Below are positions 10,891 to 24,200 of a stretch of 64,000 bases of DNA, in pieces. A model generated the notes under the pieces. The model ran no database searches. It was not told where the DNA came from and was given only the letters and a program-made list of their open reading frames with translations. Position numbers and translations under genes: made by a program. How positions within the stretch are numbered: the stretch's first letter is position 1; each line of letters begins with the position of its first letter. This DNA is from Nitrospirales bacterium. Lineage in GTDB: Bacteria > Nitrospirota > Nitrospiria > Nitrospirales > UBA8639. The stretch spans positions 576,001 through 640,000 of the forward strand of contig CBDBCZ010000017.1 in assembly GCA_965203295.1 (NCBI GenBank), read 5' to 3'.

Positions 10891-13800
10891 ATGGAATTGC
10901 TATTGTGTTTTATGCTGGGGCTGCTAGCGTTGCCTATAGGAGGTGAGTGTCTGTATTCCCAACTATTTTCTGCACACCAATCTGCAGAACCTATCACTGT
11001 GATTTAGGTATGTATTGTGTACATGTACATTGTAAACTCTTCAAGAGATGATAAGCTTTCTGAGAAATCCCGAAAAAAGCGGGACCCAGCTTGGGATTAA
11101 ACCCAGGACCATAGATAATATACCTCCTTTATCTATGCCAGGACCTTCAGAATACTAGTCAGATGCTCTTACCACTGAGCTACGTACTGGCAGAAGAGCA
11201 GTAGGCAAGCTTTATATAGCCACTAAACCCGCTAAGTCTTATAGCACTTGCCTGTAGGATCCAGCCAATTCCAGCTGTAATTACTTTTCATAGTACGTGT
11301 AGTACAATTTATCCTGCTAATTAATACTGTAACCTGAATGAATCCCTCAGGTTGTATCTTACTGTGCACATAATAACAGCATTTTAAAGTTGTGTAATTT
11401 AAAAGCATATACTTTGTATGCTAAAATGCCATGATTTGCTTTAATAATTAGGCGTTCAATACCTGACTAGAATTATATATAAGTGTATCGTATTTTTAAA
11501 CATAAAAAGTGTAGAAAGTGTGTGATTACAAAAAGTGTGCATAATCACGCTCTTGTCTGTAATGTGATTAGACATGCACCTGTAGTGGCAACCATACATG
11601 TACATGTGTGATGATGATCACAGTGTTTGTGGATACACATGTACATGTAGTCATGAATTGATGCAACCATATATATATACATGTCAGATGATGTAATTCT
11701 TCTACTTCATAGTATTTGTAACCATAGTAAGAAAGCACTCCAGTACAACCATGGGACAGGCTCCCCCCTGCAAACTTGGTTTGTTATTTTGTGATCAAGA
11801 AGGGTTGGGAATGAGTCAGACAGAAGATGAGTGCTGTTTTAGTTATTTCGTGGGGTTTGAAATAACACAAGTACTCAACATACCTATACATGTATTTCTC
11901 TTGTACAGTATTTTCTCAGAGCGACTGTCTTCAAAATCTTCCTCCATTTTTTGGTCGACCTAATAGACCTCGTCTACCAAATAGAATCCAGGCTATTGTA
12001 CCCAACTATACATTTGGTTGTCATGGAAGGGTGTTTCGTTGGGGAGCATGTGTGGAGCCTGGAGGTCCTAATGAACAATACACTCTCAACTTCCAAGTTT
12101 GGAGACCACAGAAATCCGGGCAAGAGTCATGTTTTTCTCTGATTGGATCAAACTTTGGGCAAAATTTAAGGCCCACCAGAAGATGTGTAACACTGGATGT
12201 GTCAGAAAATGATTGGATTGAAGTAGAACCTGGAGATGTTGTCGGCTTTTACTCTGAGCACATTGGAAGAAATAGAGGAGGTGTGGTAGTTGACAGAAGT
12301 TCAGTTGGAGTTACTACTTGGTATGAAGAAGAAGCGTCTACATGTCAGGATCCACTTGCCTGTAGTCTCTCCATTGGTTCGGCAGGGGACCTGCAATCAT
12401 CAGAAAGAGATGGAGCTCCGGTTATAACAGCTGCAGTTGGTAGGGGAATAACTGTAGCCCCCACTGTTCTAGGCATGTAATCTGCATATTATCCAAGGTA
12501 GTACTGTGACCCTCATCAGTTTTTTTGCCAGGAAAACATTTATAGTTTGCTATATTATATGCTATAGTGAGTATATTAATGAGGTGTATCTTTAGTTGGC
12601 ACACATCATCATACTCTTTGTTGATTCAGAATTTGAAAGCGGGTGAGTGTTTGCAAACATTGTGATTCAATTGCCCATGTGCCTGCATTTTTCCTACTTC
12701 ATTTCTATAGAGGCCATACGACTGCCAGTACCCACTACAGACACTGCCGCGCCTACAAGCATGGAAGTACATGTATACAGCAGCCACATTGTAATTGCAT
12801 CCTCTGCAGCTATTATAAGCAGTTCAGTTGCCACCACACCTATAAACAGGGAAACATCCAATGCACACATTGTAATGGCATCATCTACAGTATCTGGATC
12901 CACAAGTGTGGCTGCAGATGACATCGTACAAACACCAACAGCAATACCACTTTCAGAATCAGTCACTGTCCCGACATCAGAGAGCATTCTACAGCCATCA
13001 TCCAACTCACGCACTATTGTACAAACATCTCTTCAGAGTAATACTGAAACACCTGTGACAATATCAGTCCCACCTGCTCAACCCAGCACACCTATTACCA
13101 GTCAGTCAATCACACAGCCCGAAAGTGACAGTTCGCAGCCATCATCAGCCACTGGTATTATAGCAGGGGTAGTGGCCGGGATACTCCTTACAGCATTTGT
13201 CATCTCAGCTGTCATAGTGGCGATTATTATCATTGTACGAAAGCAAAGAAAAGTTTCTGGCAAACAATTAAAGGAGTTTGAAAACACATTGGACAATCCA
13301 CTGTACGCAGGTAAGACAACATTCTAATGTGTACTCTGCTATTTGAGTGATGTGCATGCTGGCATATACAGTGGCTACTGCCCTTTTGCTAGAATTTGTA
13401 CTCGGAAAGTCCTTTTTCATTCCACATAATAGGAGTGATTTCTGGTAGCGAACACCGCCCAACTATCAATGGCCACCTTGAAGCAGCCAATGATGCATCC
13501 CCTCAGTATGAACTATTGGCCCAGTACGAGGCACAGCCATATGAGGTTCCTTCGAAAGTGGACATCTATGCTTCACTTTCTTCCGAAGCAACACTGACTT
13601 CTAGATCCTTCGGCAAAGACACTTTGGATACGGCGAAGGTTTGTTTCTAGTTCTAATGGAATCCATGTTCTTGTGGTTGAAATGCTTATCATCTTGTATG
13701 CTACTGCAGAGACATAATGAGTGGGACATCTATGTACCAACTTCGGTAAGTCGAATTCTATCCCCAAAACTATCTATTGTTTGCTGTAATACTTTTTACC

Positions 13801-16800
13801 ATTACTATATCTTAGTGTAGGGAGGCAAATACTGTTTAAATGAGGCACAGATTATATGTGAGCCATGTTCACTAACTAACTAACAGTCTATAATAAGTGT
13901 TGTTCAGCTGACCCCAAGGTGACCCCAAGGTGACTGCAATTGAATGTGTGTGCATTACTGGACCACTGTATACACGTTGTTACTGAACACACATCTTAAA
14001 ATTAACATTTACAAAGTGTTCTTGCCTCCTCAAATGCATTATGAATTAGCATGCTATCACCTATTAACTACAGGAACAACGAAGAACACTGAATGCGACT
14101 GGTCGAGCAAATGGGCTCGAAGAAATATTCTGGGGATGTGAAACTCAGGATCATGTTTATGCAACGCTGGAAAAAGTAAGTATACTTTGTTCTATAACTT
14201 TATTTTATTGGCACATTGTAAAGAATGATGTGTTTGTACATGTAGGAGCTATGAAAGGTATGTCATATTGTCTACATGTATAGCACAATAATATTCACAA
14301 TTCAGACATTGTATTTTTAATACACTCAGGATGCTTCATATGAGCCAGTGCTTTTCTTTCAAGAAAGTGCTGTTTATTGGAGTCCCTCTTGCGACCAGAG
14401 TCTACTCTATGACCAGTTGTCTAGCAAAAAATACCGAGAGATACCCAGATACCAAATACGGTGAGTGTAAAGTTAACACTATCATTGCATGACAGTAACA
14501 AGTTACGGCATTTATTTCAAAAACATAGAAAGGAAGTTATATATAGAGCATAGAAAGCTGAGAAAAGCAGGAAATTGTGAACACAGTGTTATTACGCTAA
14601 ACAACTCATTCTGAGCATGAACAGCAATGTTGTATACTTTGGCTTTGCCTCAGCGTAGCTATACACTGCAAAAATCAAAGGATGGTTTCAAACCAACTGG
14701 GGTTATCTCAGTTGCAGTCTACAAAACAATGTGTACGTAAACAAGTAGAGCACTTTACCACCCTATTTCTCCAATTTCAGAAGAAATGAAAGATCCATTA
14801 GAACAATTAGTAACACATATCTTGTTCCTAGTCTCACCAAAGAAAAAAGATTTAGCTTGGCTTCCTGAGTAAAGTGATCTTATTGCACTGCACATAACTG
14901 CACATTCTCTGGTACTGGGGCTGCAACTGAGGTAACCTTATGTGGGTTTAAACAAATCACTTTATTTTTGCAGTGTAATAGCTACCTATTCTATTAGTCA
15001 AAAGCGAGTAGCTAATATGACATCACTGATTAAGACTTGATGACCCTATGTCAACATTCTCTGTATACCAGTACTCAATTTGCCAATTTAGTGAGTATGT
15101 ATAACCTCTTTTGAAGGACTACTGAGGTATTAGGATCCGGTCATTTCGGAACAGTGTCGAAAGGTGTTTGGCAGTCAAAGCTGGGCTCTGTAGACGTTGC
15201 AGTTAAGATGCTTCGACCTGAAGCATCCGAGTTTGACGAAGTACGTTTTCTCCAAGAGGCTGCCATAAACGGACAGTTTAAACATCCCAACATTGTGACG
15301 TTGCTAGGGGTTGTGACGGTTGGGATGCCGGTGAGTTTAAATTTTGTTGTGTTTTTTTTTTGTTTTTTGGCTTTTTTCACCCCACAACTGAGAATACAAT
15401 GTACTGTGCTACTACAGGCGATGATAGTACTGGAGCTTCTGCCAAACGGGGATTTGAGAAACTACCTTTCGCGTTTTTTCAGAGCTGGAGAGTCGCCATC
15501 CGCAAACACTTCCGAAATGTTATTGGGTTTCTGCAAGCAAATTGCTTCCGGAATGGAATACTTGTCCAGCAAGGCCTTCGTTCACAGAGACCTAGCAGCA
15601 AGAAATATTTTAGTTGCTAAAGATCAAACTTGTAAGGTATGAAATACAATGGCTGAGGCCTAAGCCCATCTGTCCATCTGTTCCAGGTGTATCACTCAAA
15701 GAGCCTCTGTGCTTGAGAGTGCTCGCACAATTAATAAGCATATGTACATTCTAAGGAAGTTTGGCCTAATAAGAAAGACATTAGGGAGGATAGTTCACCC
15801 CTGGTACAACTTGTTTTGTATATACATGCACCAAACAGTGCTTCCATAGCATGTGCGTAATAGTTCAATTCATACAGCCAGAGGTTAATGCCATGCATCT
15901 ATCGCATACAGCATTTTCTTCAATACTGTGTGCATTAATGTGACATCATTATATTCATGACATGCAGATCAGTGATTTTGGAATGTCCAGAGACCTGGAG
16001 AATGAAAGCTACTACATTTCGCAAGGAGGGAAGATCCCAATCAGATGGACAGCTCCTGAGGTGAGCTAATATATATAGGCTGTGAAAGCAATGCAGTAGT
16101 CTTCTCACTCACGATAAATGTCATGTTACCATGTAGGCTATATATTTCAAGAAGTATAGCACTGCCAGTGATGTGTGGAGCTATGGTGCCGTGATGTACG
16201 AAATTTGGAGCGTGGGGTACAAGCCATTTGAAGGTTATAGCAATCAACAGGTAGGCAGTTACAAATCTCTCCTCAGTTAAAGGACAGTTTGGGTGAGGGG
16301 TTAAACTCCTGGATCGGACTTTAAACTTTCCTCACCCAAACTGTCCTTTAACTATTGTATATACTTATGACAGCTGTAAAAGTTAGTAATAATACCTATT
16401 TGAAGTTCCCCAAGCTTCAGTTGTGACAGGTAAACCACTGATCGTGAACAAAGATGAGGTATTTGAATCCCTGGCTGGCAGATATCTATCGGATTTGGAT
16501 ACCTCATTAAGCAGGCATACTTCAAAGCATGACTAGGTCTAGTCTGTAACGTAATTTATCCACTACATGTGATGTCAATATTGATATCCTTAATAGGGAA
16601 ACATACATGAACGTCTTCTTTTTTTTTACATAGGTTATGACACTTGTGCCGACTGGATTTCGTCTACCTCCACCTCCGGGCACACCAAAGGAGATTTACA
16701 GACTCATGATTGACTGCTGGTATGCTTCACCTGCATGCATTCTTACATTGTTCTACGTACTATCAGAATCACTAAAATCCCCTGGTACTCAAAGAGCTGT

Positions 16801-17550
16801 AGTTGTGAAGTCCGACTAGTGGCAAGCGCATAGTCATCATTTGTCTTGGGTAATCGATACAGATAGTTGTGCACATTAAGCTGCAGAGGTGTGCATGTGA
16901 TGAACGTTATGCAGCATGGACCAAATAAGCTGTTTCAGTATTGGACTCTTCAGTAGGCACAGTGTCTTGTACGTATAGGATATACCACGTCTACGAGGAG
17001 TATAAACGCAGATATACTCCGCTAGACGGTTTACCCGAGGCGATAGCCGAGGGTAAACAGCCTAGCGGAGTATATCGCGTTTATACTCCGAGTAGGCGTG
17101 GTATATCCGGCTTATACAACATTTGACCAATCAGTGGAGTTGGTACCCAGAAACGCTGGGCTAGCATTCCCAGAGGCAGCAGTTATTTACGATGTCATAA
17201 TACATGAAAACATAAAAGTAGTATAATAAAACATGAAAACATAAACGTAGTATATGACCCTACATGAAAACATAAACGTAGTATATGACCCTTTATACTC
17301 CGCTTCTGCTCCAATCAAACACCTTGGATGTGATGTAATGTGGTATAAATGTATTTTATTCAGGCATCCAGACACATCCTCCCGGCCGTCCTTCACGGAA
17401 GTGCTAGAGGCACTCTCAGAGCCCGAGACTGATCTGCTGCGCTGGTCAGCGGAGGACACAGCAGTCCACCCCCAGGCTGCAGTGCTGGGGGCTCCTCTGG
17501 AGGCTGGTGTGGACCTCTACCCCGAACTTCAAGAGACATACTCTCAGTAA
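10891..17550 (+). CDS. Receptor gene 2: receptor tyrosine kinase (one unassigned module, mucin-like stalk, TM, Eph-like kinase)
   Basis: Exons 10891-10942, 11909-12439, 12711-13310, 13433-13638, 13710-13745, 14074-14175, 14330-14460, 15117-15330, 15418-15636, 15968-16060, 16137-16250, 16634-16719 and 17364-17550. Kinase motifs [34 protein letters not shown] and SDVWSYG are intact. Juxtamembrane NPLY. Confidence 0.88.
11030..11293 (-). mobile_element. Third copy of the tRNA-Thr-like repeat, inserted in intron 1 of gene 2
   Basis: Reverse complement of 2600-2856. It is absent from the paralogous intron of gene 1 (~6700-6730). Confidence 0.7.
14664..14975. mobile_element. MITE with CACTGCAAAAAT TIRs and a TA TSD
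   Basis: ta-cactgcaaaaat ... atttttgcagtg-ta. Related copies lie at ~60008-60459 and ~61784-62186. Confidence 0.7.
16277..16351. mobile_element. Small TTAA-flanked MITE (Kolobok-like AGG...CCT ends)
   Basis: ttaa-aggacagtttgggtgagg ... cctcacccaaactgtcct-ttaa. Confidence 0.65.
16979..17108. repeat. Long hairpin palindrome
   Basis: gatataccacg..gagtataaacg..gatatactccgctag..gtttaccc / gggtaaac..ctagcggagtatatc..cgtttatactc..cgtggtatatc, centred on cgaggcgatagccgag. Confidence 0.75.
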
Positions 17551-17708
17551 TTGCTTTCTCTACACATAAAACTAATCATATGTGCATTATTTTATGATCA
17601 CTAACAGGGATATCACTCTTTCCATCTTTCTGTATCACTTTCTGATGTGTTGCACTATAAACCATTAATGTGATATAGGAAACCTAGCTATGTAGTACAT
17701 GGCATATA

Positions 17709-17880
17709 CAGGGGAACCTCTCTAAATGGACACCTCTGAAATAAAGACATCTCTGTATTAAGGCTATGATCCAAAATTAATATGCTTTCTAATAAATTTA
17801 CCCCTGAAACGAGGACACCTCTATAGGAACCAGTCCTTTTACCAGGTCCCCAAGGTGTCCACATTAGAGGGGCTCAACTG
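17709..17880. mobile_element. Tc1/mariner-pogo-type MITE with a TA TSD, lying between convergent genes 2 and 3
   Basis: ta-caggggaacctctctaaatggacacc ... ggtgtccacattagaggggctcaactg-ta. Confidence 0.65.
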
Positions 17881-18269
17881 TAATTACGTACATTAGACTC
17901 CTGTTATGAAAATATGCAGTGCAGGCATGTAGTATATCATTCCTTGCATTGATTTCCATGGCCAGAAGTGTATGTGGTTGAAGAAATTGTCACTGCATTG
18001 CAATTCCATTGCTGGATTTTAAAACATAGTATTCTGAAACCGCAATGCATAAATTATGCCACACGAACATGTAATACTGAGCATGATAAAGAGCATTGTA
18101 TACACAGAGTTCCTGGAATTGCTGAATACATTTTATGTACACACGCCAGCAACAATAAAAACGGGTTACTTCCTGTTTGCACCATAAAAGCTAAGCCTAC
18201 ATATAGTCCTGAATTGCATGCATATACATGTACATGTACATGCTATTACGAACATTAGGCTAGTTGAAC

Positions 18270-21200
18270 TCATGCATAAGTTCTCTGCAGCTCGGGGTAG
18301 AGGTCCACACCAGCCTCCAGAGGAGCCCCCAGCACTGCAGCCTGGGGTTGGACTGCTGTGTCCTCCACTGACCAGCACAGCAGATCAGTCTCGGGCTCTG
18401 AGAGGGCCTCTAGCACTTCCGTAAAGGACGGACGGGAGGATTTGTCTGGATGCCTGAAAAAAATATTAATATCAACCACAAAGATCCACAGCCAGTAGTA
18501 TGTATACACTTAATTACATACCAACAGTGGATCATCACTTTGTAGATTTCCTCAGGACAACCGGGAGGTGGAGGCAGGCGAACTCCAGAGTCCACGAGCT
18601 TAATAACCTATTTCGAAGACAAAATTACATACAGAATTATTATAATAACTGTATCCAAAAAGGCTGCACTAGTGCTAAATTACTGACGCCTGTGCTGTAG
18701 TACAATGTACATTCATATTCATGTGTAGCCATATTGGCTAGCTACTAGAAATTAAAATGATGTCATTACATGCTGCTGTCACCTACAATCATAACACAGC
18801 AATTAATTAACCCTTTCACCGGTGGATTCCTGCTCCCATAAGGCCCATATCAATTTATATGGGTTTTTATAATTAGGCGTTATTAGAAAGTATAGGCTTT
18901 TCTGTACTTCCTTGCAGCCATATGGCGGCTACACCGGTGAGAGGGTTAACCCATGCCATTTGCCCTTGTCTTCTTATCCACTACCGGACAGCAGGACATA
19001 TCACATACATAGCTTACTTCTTGGTTAGTATAAGTTTGAAACGGTTTGTGTCCAACACCCCATATCTCGAACATCAGAACCCCATAACTCCACACATCAC
19101 TGGCAGTACTATACTTCTTGAAGTGTATTGCCTGAGAAATAAATCAAGAGTGCTTCTCAAGCATCTTCAAAGAATTATTCATTGGGCAAGCGTGAGTGTT
19201 CAATTGAAATTTTGTCTGTGCGTATGGTGTGCATGCGTGCGTATGTACGTCCACATACCGCATATCGTTTCCGCGTTTCAACACAACATTTCAAATAGTG
19301 CAGCTATAGCTTAGGTATGCCCTCACAGGCTGGACTGCAGAGGCTACAGCGTTGCTGTATATCCCCAGGTTGGTGACAAGTCACATTAGAACAGCAGGGA
19401 GCGAGTTCTAGCGCCAAAAGAGCTGCAAGGCCGTCGACAAGTGACACTGAGACGGGAGAGGGAAAGAGCTAGAGCCAGAAGAGCTGCTGAGGGCGTGTCG
19501 CCGCTAATGTACGCATGGGCTAATACCTCGCACACGCTTGCCCCACAATGCTTTGCATTCACCTAGTAGCTATATTATAATTTATAGTGGTTTCAGTTAA
19601 CTGAAACAAAAATAGTAGGAGCAAAAACAGATCTAAAACTTCAAGGGTGGGAGTAAACTACAACTGAAATAATATTTCTAACAATCAACCCATATAGTTA
19701 TGGTTAACTAACACTAAAAGTGTTTTAGAAACCATTTTTTCATTGTAGTAGGATAACTAGAACTAGAAACTAAACTATCGTTTTTTATTAGCCTATTCAT
19801 TTTTGTATGAAACAAAACAAATTGAAAACACATTACCTCAGGAGCTGTCCACTTTACTGGGATCTTCCCTCCATGAGAAACGTAGTAGCTCTCATTCTCC
19901 AGGTCCCTTGACATTCCAAAATCACTGATCTGTTTGTAAAGTATTCTTACTCAAAGATGGTTAGGTCATATTAATTTTTTAACTTCTCAATCACCTTGCA
20001 TGTTCTATCAGCTGCAACTAGAATGTTCCTAGCTGCCAGGTCTCGGTGCACAAAGGCTTTTTGCGACAAGTACTCCATCCCTGAAGCAACTTCCTGGCAG
20101 AACTGCAGCAGCATATGTGGTGTATCTGAAGGCAGTAGTTCCCCGGGCCTGCCAAGGAATATCAATACAAATTTGAAGTCTGAAGTCAGTGCTCCGTATT
20201 ACATGGGATTCACTAGATGAATAGAAAGTTGATATAGTCTCGTGGTTGCCAAATGGATGTTTGATAAAACTTCATACACAACATTTCGACCCAACTAGGT
20301 CTTCTTCAAGTTCATCTAGCTATTGTTCATCCATACATCTCTACTAACGAGCATGACACATAGTGCATGAGGCTATTCCTACTTCTAAAAATGGGATTCA
20401 CTATAAATACAGAGCACAGACTTGACCATGCATGTATATACATGTCAAGAACTGTACACGTCCTTAATTTGAAACAAGCCCACTAACTGGCAAAACCCCT
20501 CCAAAATGCTAAATTGCTATACGGAAGTGCATTAGAACATGTGCATGTGTAGGAGTTTGCTTGTACCAACTTGTTCATATAAGGGCATAATGAGAATGTT
20601 AGTATAGGAGTATCAGAGTGCACTAGGTACGCATCTGTGTCCCAAATGTGTTACTGAAAATGCTCATTGTTCATGGTGCTTTCATTTCCAGCTGTAGAAG
20701 CTTTACCGAGCTCAAAGCAGTATATTGTACACCCCACATGTCCCCGCCAGTGAAAACGGTCCACAAAGAAACGTGTTTCGCTGTATAGGGCCGGTTCTCG
20801 GTTGAGGCAGTACACATGTAGCTTGCAGGCATTATTGTATGTCACTTACGCTGGCTGTTGTTTAATGAGATAATTCCTCAGATCACCATTGGGCGCAAGT
20901 TCTAATACTATCATCACCTACAACAGAGAAATGAATTGTCACCCGGGATTAATTAAGAGGTAAGTGCAGGTGATATGTCATCGCGATAGTCTGTTGTAAT
21001 TGAGTAACGTAATAATTTTCACTGAAGAGTAACTCACTGGCTCTCCAACTGTCACTACTCCAAGGAGCTTCACGATGTTGGGGTGCTGAAACTGCCCGTT
21101 GATGGCAGCTTCTTGGAGGAATCTGACCTCATCACCTTGAGATACTCCAGCTTTCAACGTCTTCACCGCAACTTCAACAGCTCCTGTTATTGTCTGCCAA

Positions 21201-24200
21201 ATGCCTTTTTCCACAAATCCAAACTGACCGGATCCTAGATACTCTGTTGTCCTGTGATAATCAAAATGATTGGCACAAACGTTAACACTTTACAGTGTCT
21301 GCTTTAGGGACACATAGTTTCCACAGTTTAACGACCATGCGTCATTTTTACTTACTGTATGTGTTTCGGGGGTATTTCTCGATACTTATTGACAGACAGC
21401 TGTTCGTAAAGTTCATTTTGATCCGATGATGGCTTCCAATAAGTATCACTTTCTTCAAAGAATGTTTCTTGAGGCTTTTGAACCTGAAGCACAGAATACA
21501 ATGCATGAAATGGCAAACATTACAGTGACTGCAATTATATTATATAGCCAGTATAAGGTGAAGCTTTCAATTTTCAGGACCAAAGTTATCGACAGTGAAT
21601 ACAATGACATCAATTAGCTAAAGCTCTACGTACAATACTTCAGCTATGTAGCGACCCTCACACATGCAATTGCACATGGATTGGTACTTGATAAGGTATA
21701 GCCTGTTGGTTTGGTAAACAAATAAAGTACACATATGATATTACCTCTCTAAAAGCTGCATATATGCTCTCATGCCATCCTTTACTGGATGCAACAGACT
21801 TCCGTTGTTCCTGCAATATCAAAAGAAGTATATGATATATTTTCTCCAACTAAGAATCTTTACCATAACTGTACCGTAGTAGGCACATGAATGTCCCATT
21901 CATAGTGACCCTGTGATAGTAAAAAATTGATATGGGATTTAAAACAAAAGTATTTCTAGTTCGTAGAGTATTACATTTGTATCGAAAAAGGTCATGTGCC
22001 CTCTTTCTATGAGTGGTATATTAGAATTTCTGCGATAAAGTCCAATTTCTTCATAGCTGTATTCAGGTATCAGACTGTCCGGATTTTCATACACACTGTC
22101 TCCTGGAGTAGTCAGACTTGAATGTCTGAGCCGTGTCGGCACGCCTGGAACGAGATTCAAAGTTTCACCGATATCTCATGTGTATCTTGTCAGTACATCA
22201 TTACCTTGTGTATTGTATACCAAGCACTGAAGTAAGAATATGAGAATAGAAATAGTTTAATGACTTTGTATACTCACCAGAATACAGAGGATTTTCCAGA
22301 TGACGGCTGTGCTGTGTGTCTAGTCTCTCCCTGGATTTCGACTCGGATGGAAAAGTAAGTGAACCTTTTCTCTTTTTGTAGAGAATGACCAAAGCAACTA
22401 GTACAGACAAAGCTACCACAACCAGTACTCCTGCTGCAACTCCACCAATGATTCCACCCCGCAACTCCCGAGATGAAAGCCGGTCTATTGTTTGGGATGA
22501 AATGACAGAGTGCTGAATGTGTCTAAAATGGCTAGTTAGTACACAAGTACCGTAAACTACGTATTATCCGCCCATGATGTATTATCCGCCCATCCCCCTT
22601 TTTGAGTCAAAGTTACGTCGGAGGGTATTTATGCACTTAGTATCCGCCCACCCTTAAATACCATCCATGCGAGCTAAACATGTAACTAACAAACTGAAAA
22701 TTCCAAGACAACGAGCAGAATCAAACGACAAAACTCGATCTTCAGTGCGCTTTAATTGAAATACCGACGGTAAGTCAGTCAGCCACTTCGCTTTTTAGCG
22801 GATAATAGTAGTCTGCATGCTTCTATAATAGCTAGTTCAATACAATTTGCATTCACTGTGGTGCGGTACTTGCCTAGAAAAGCTATACTTACCTTGTATA
22901 CTCGCTTTGCATACCGCGCGTTTGGAATGCGTTCGAGTGGGCGGATAGCTACTACATCGTATTTATAAAAACTACGTATTATCCGCCCACCCCCCTCTTT
23001 CAGCTTGCACTTAAGTGGCCCGCCCATGGGCGGATAATACGTACTTTACGGTATGTAGCTACAGGGAGAAAGATTATACCATTGCAAAATACACAACTTG
23101 ACTATGGCATTCTGCATGAACAAACACAACAGTTCACATGGAAGAGAACAGTAACAGCAAACATTACAGCCAAGTGAGAACTTATGGGAAAGTACAATTA
23201 GTATTATATCTCCTCAAGATTCTCCTATAGGAAGTCAATTCCATTAGTGCATATTAATCGAGCCTTGGAATCGTTTATGCAAGTGCTCAGTCATAAAATC
23301 CACAGAACATGATCTATAATAACTGGCTCACCACATGTAGGGGCACTGCCATTCCAGGTTCCATTTGCTTGGCATATGCGCACAGCATCTCCCACAAGTT
23401 GATGGTCGGAATTGTTGCATGAATAGTTGGCCACGGAACCAAATACGGTTGTTTCCAGGAATATGATACCATTTATTGGAGTTAGGTTACCACAATTCAC
23501 AACTGCATGGATAGAGATACAAGCGTAAATCACACATTTTAGGAGGTATCTTCCCCCAAAGTTTTCATAACAATTGTGTATACTACCTTCACCCCAAAAT
23601 GTAACGGAGAGCGGTTAGTTCCTAGTCAACATCTCTGGAATTAAAATTTTAATAAATTATACTTTACACTTTACCAGCAAAATGAGCTCCCATTTTAGAC
23701 AATTACACAAGGAATAGCTAATCCTGATACACTCCAACTAAACTCACTAATTAATTATCTTGCACAAAATCAGAATTGCAAGGTGAACAAACAGGCAACA
23801 AATTAACAAACTGTTTATGAGATTACAACTTTCGATTCACTTTGACAAATCGGATCATCGTCTGACCACTCCAGTTCATCAGTTGCCATCTGACAAATGC
23901 GGGGGTTGCTTCCAGTGAGGTTGTATCCAAATTCACAGCTGTAGTTTGCCACTGAGCCCTGAGTTCTAGTAGTTAGCGTGACTTGTCCATTCGCAGGGTC
24001 GACAAGTGGATCACACATTCCTGAAATTAAAATGCATTTAAGGCACTACCGTAGTAGCAAGTTCGTAAGTTAGTGTGGCAGCAATCATGTTTCATAAAAC
24101 GTGCAGATTAAATTGATCCACAGCTGGTAACCATGCAATTACCCTCTGAAGCAGTTACACCAGTTACCCCCACCTTTAAGCACTCCCTCACTGGGCAGTG

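Noticed and set aside
14246..14257. 12-nt micro-exon candidate (ag|GAGCTATGAAAG|gt) in gene 2
   Set aside because: It contains an in-frame TGA, and the flanking exons already join in phase 0 as in the paralogs.
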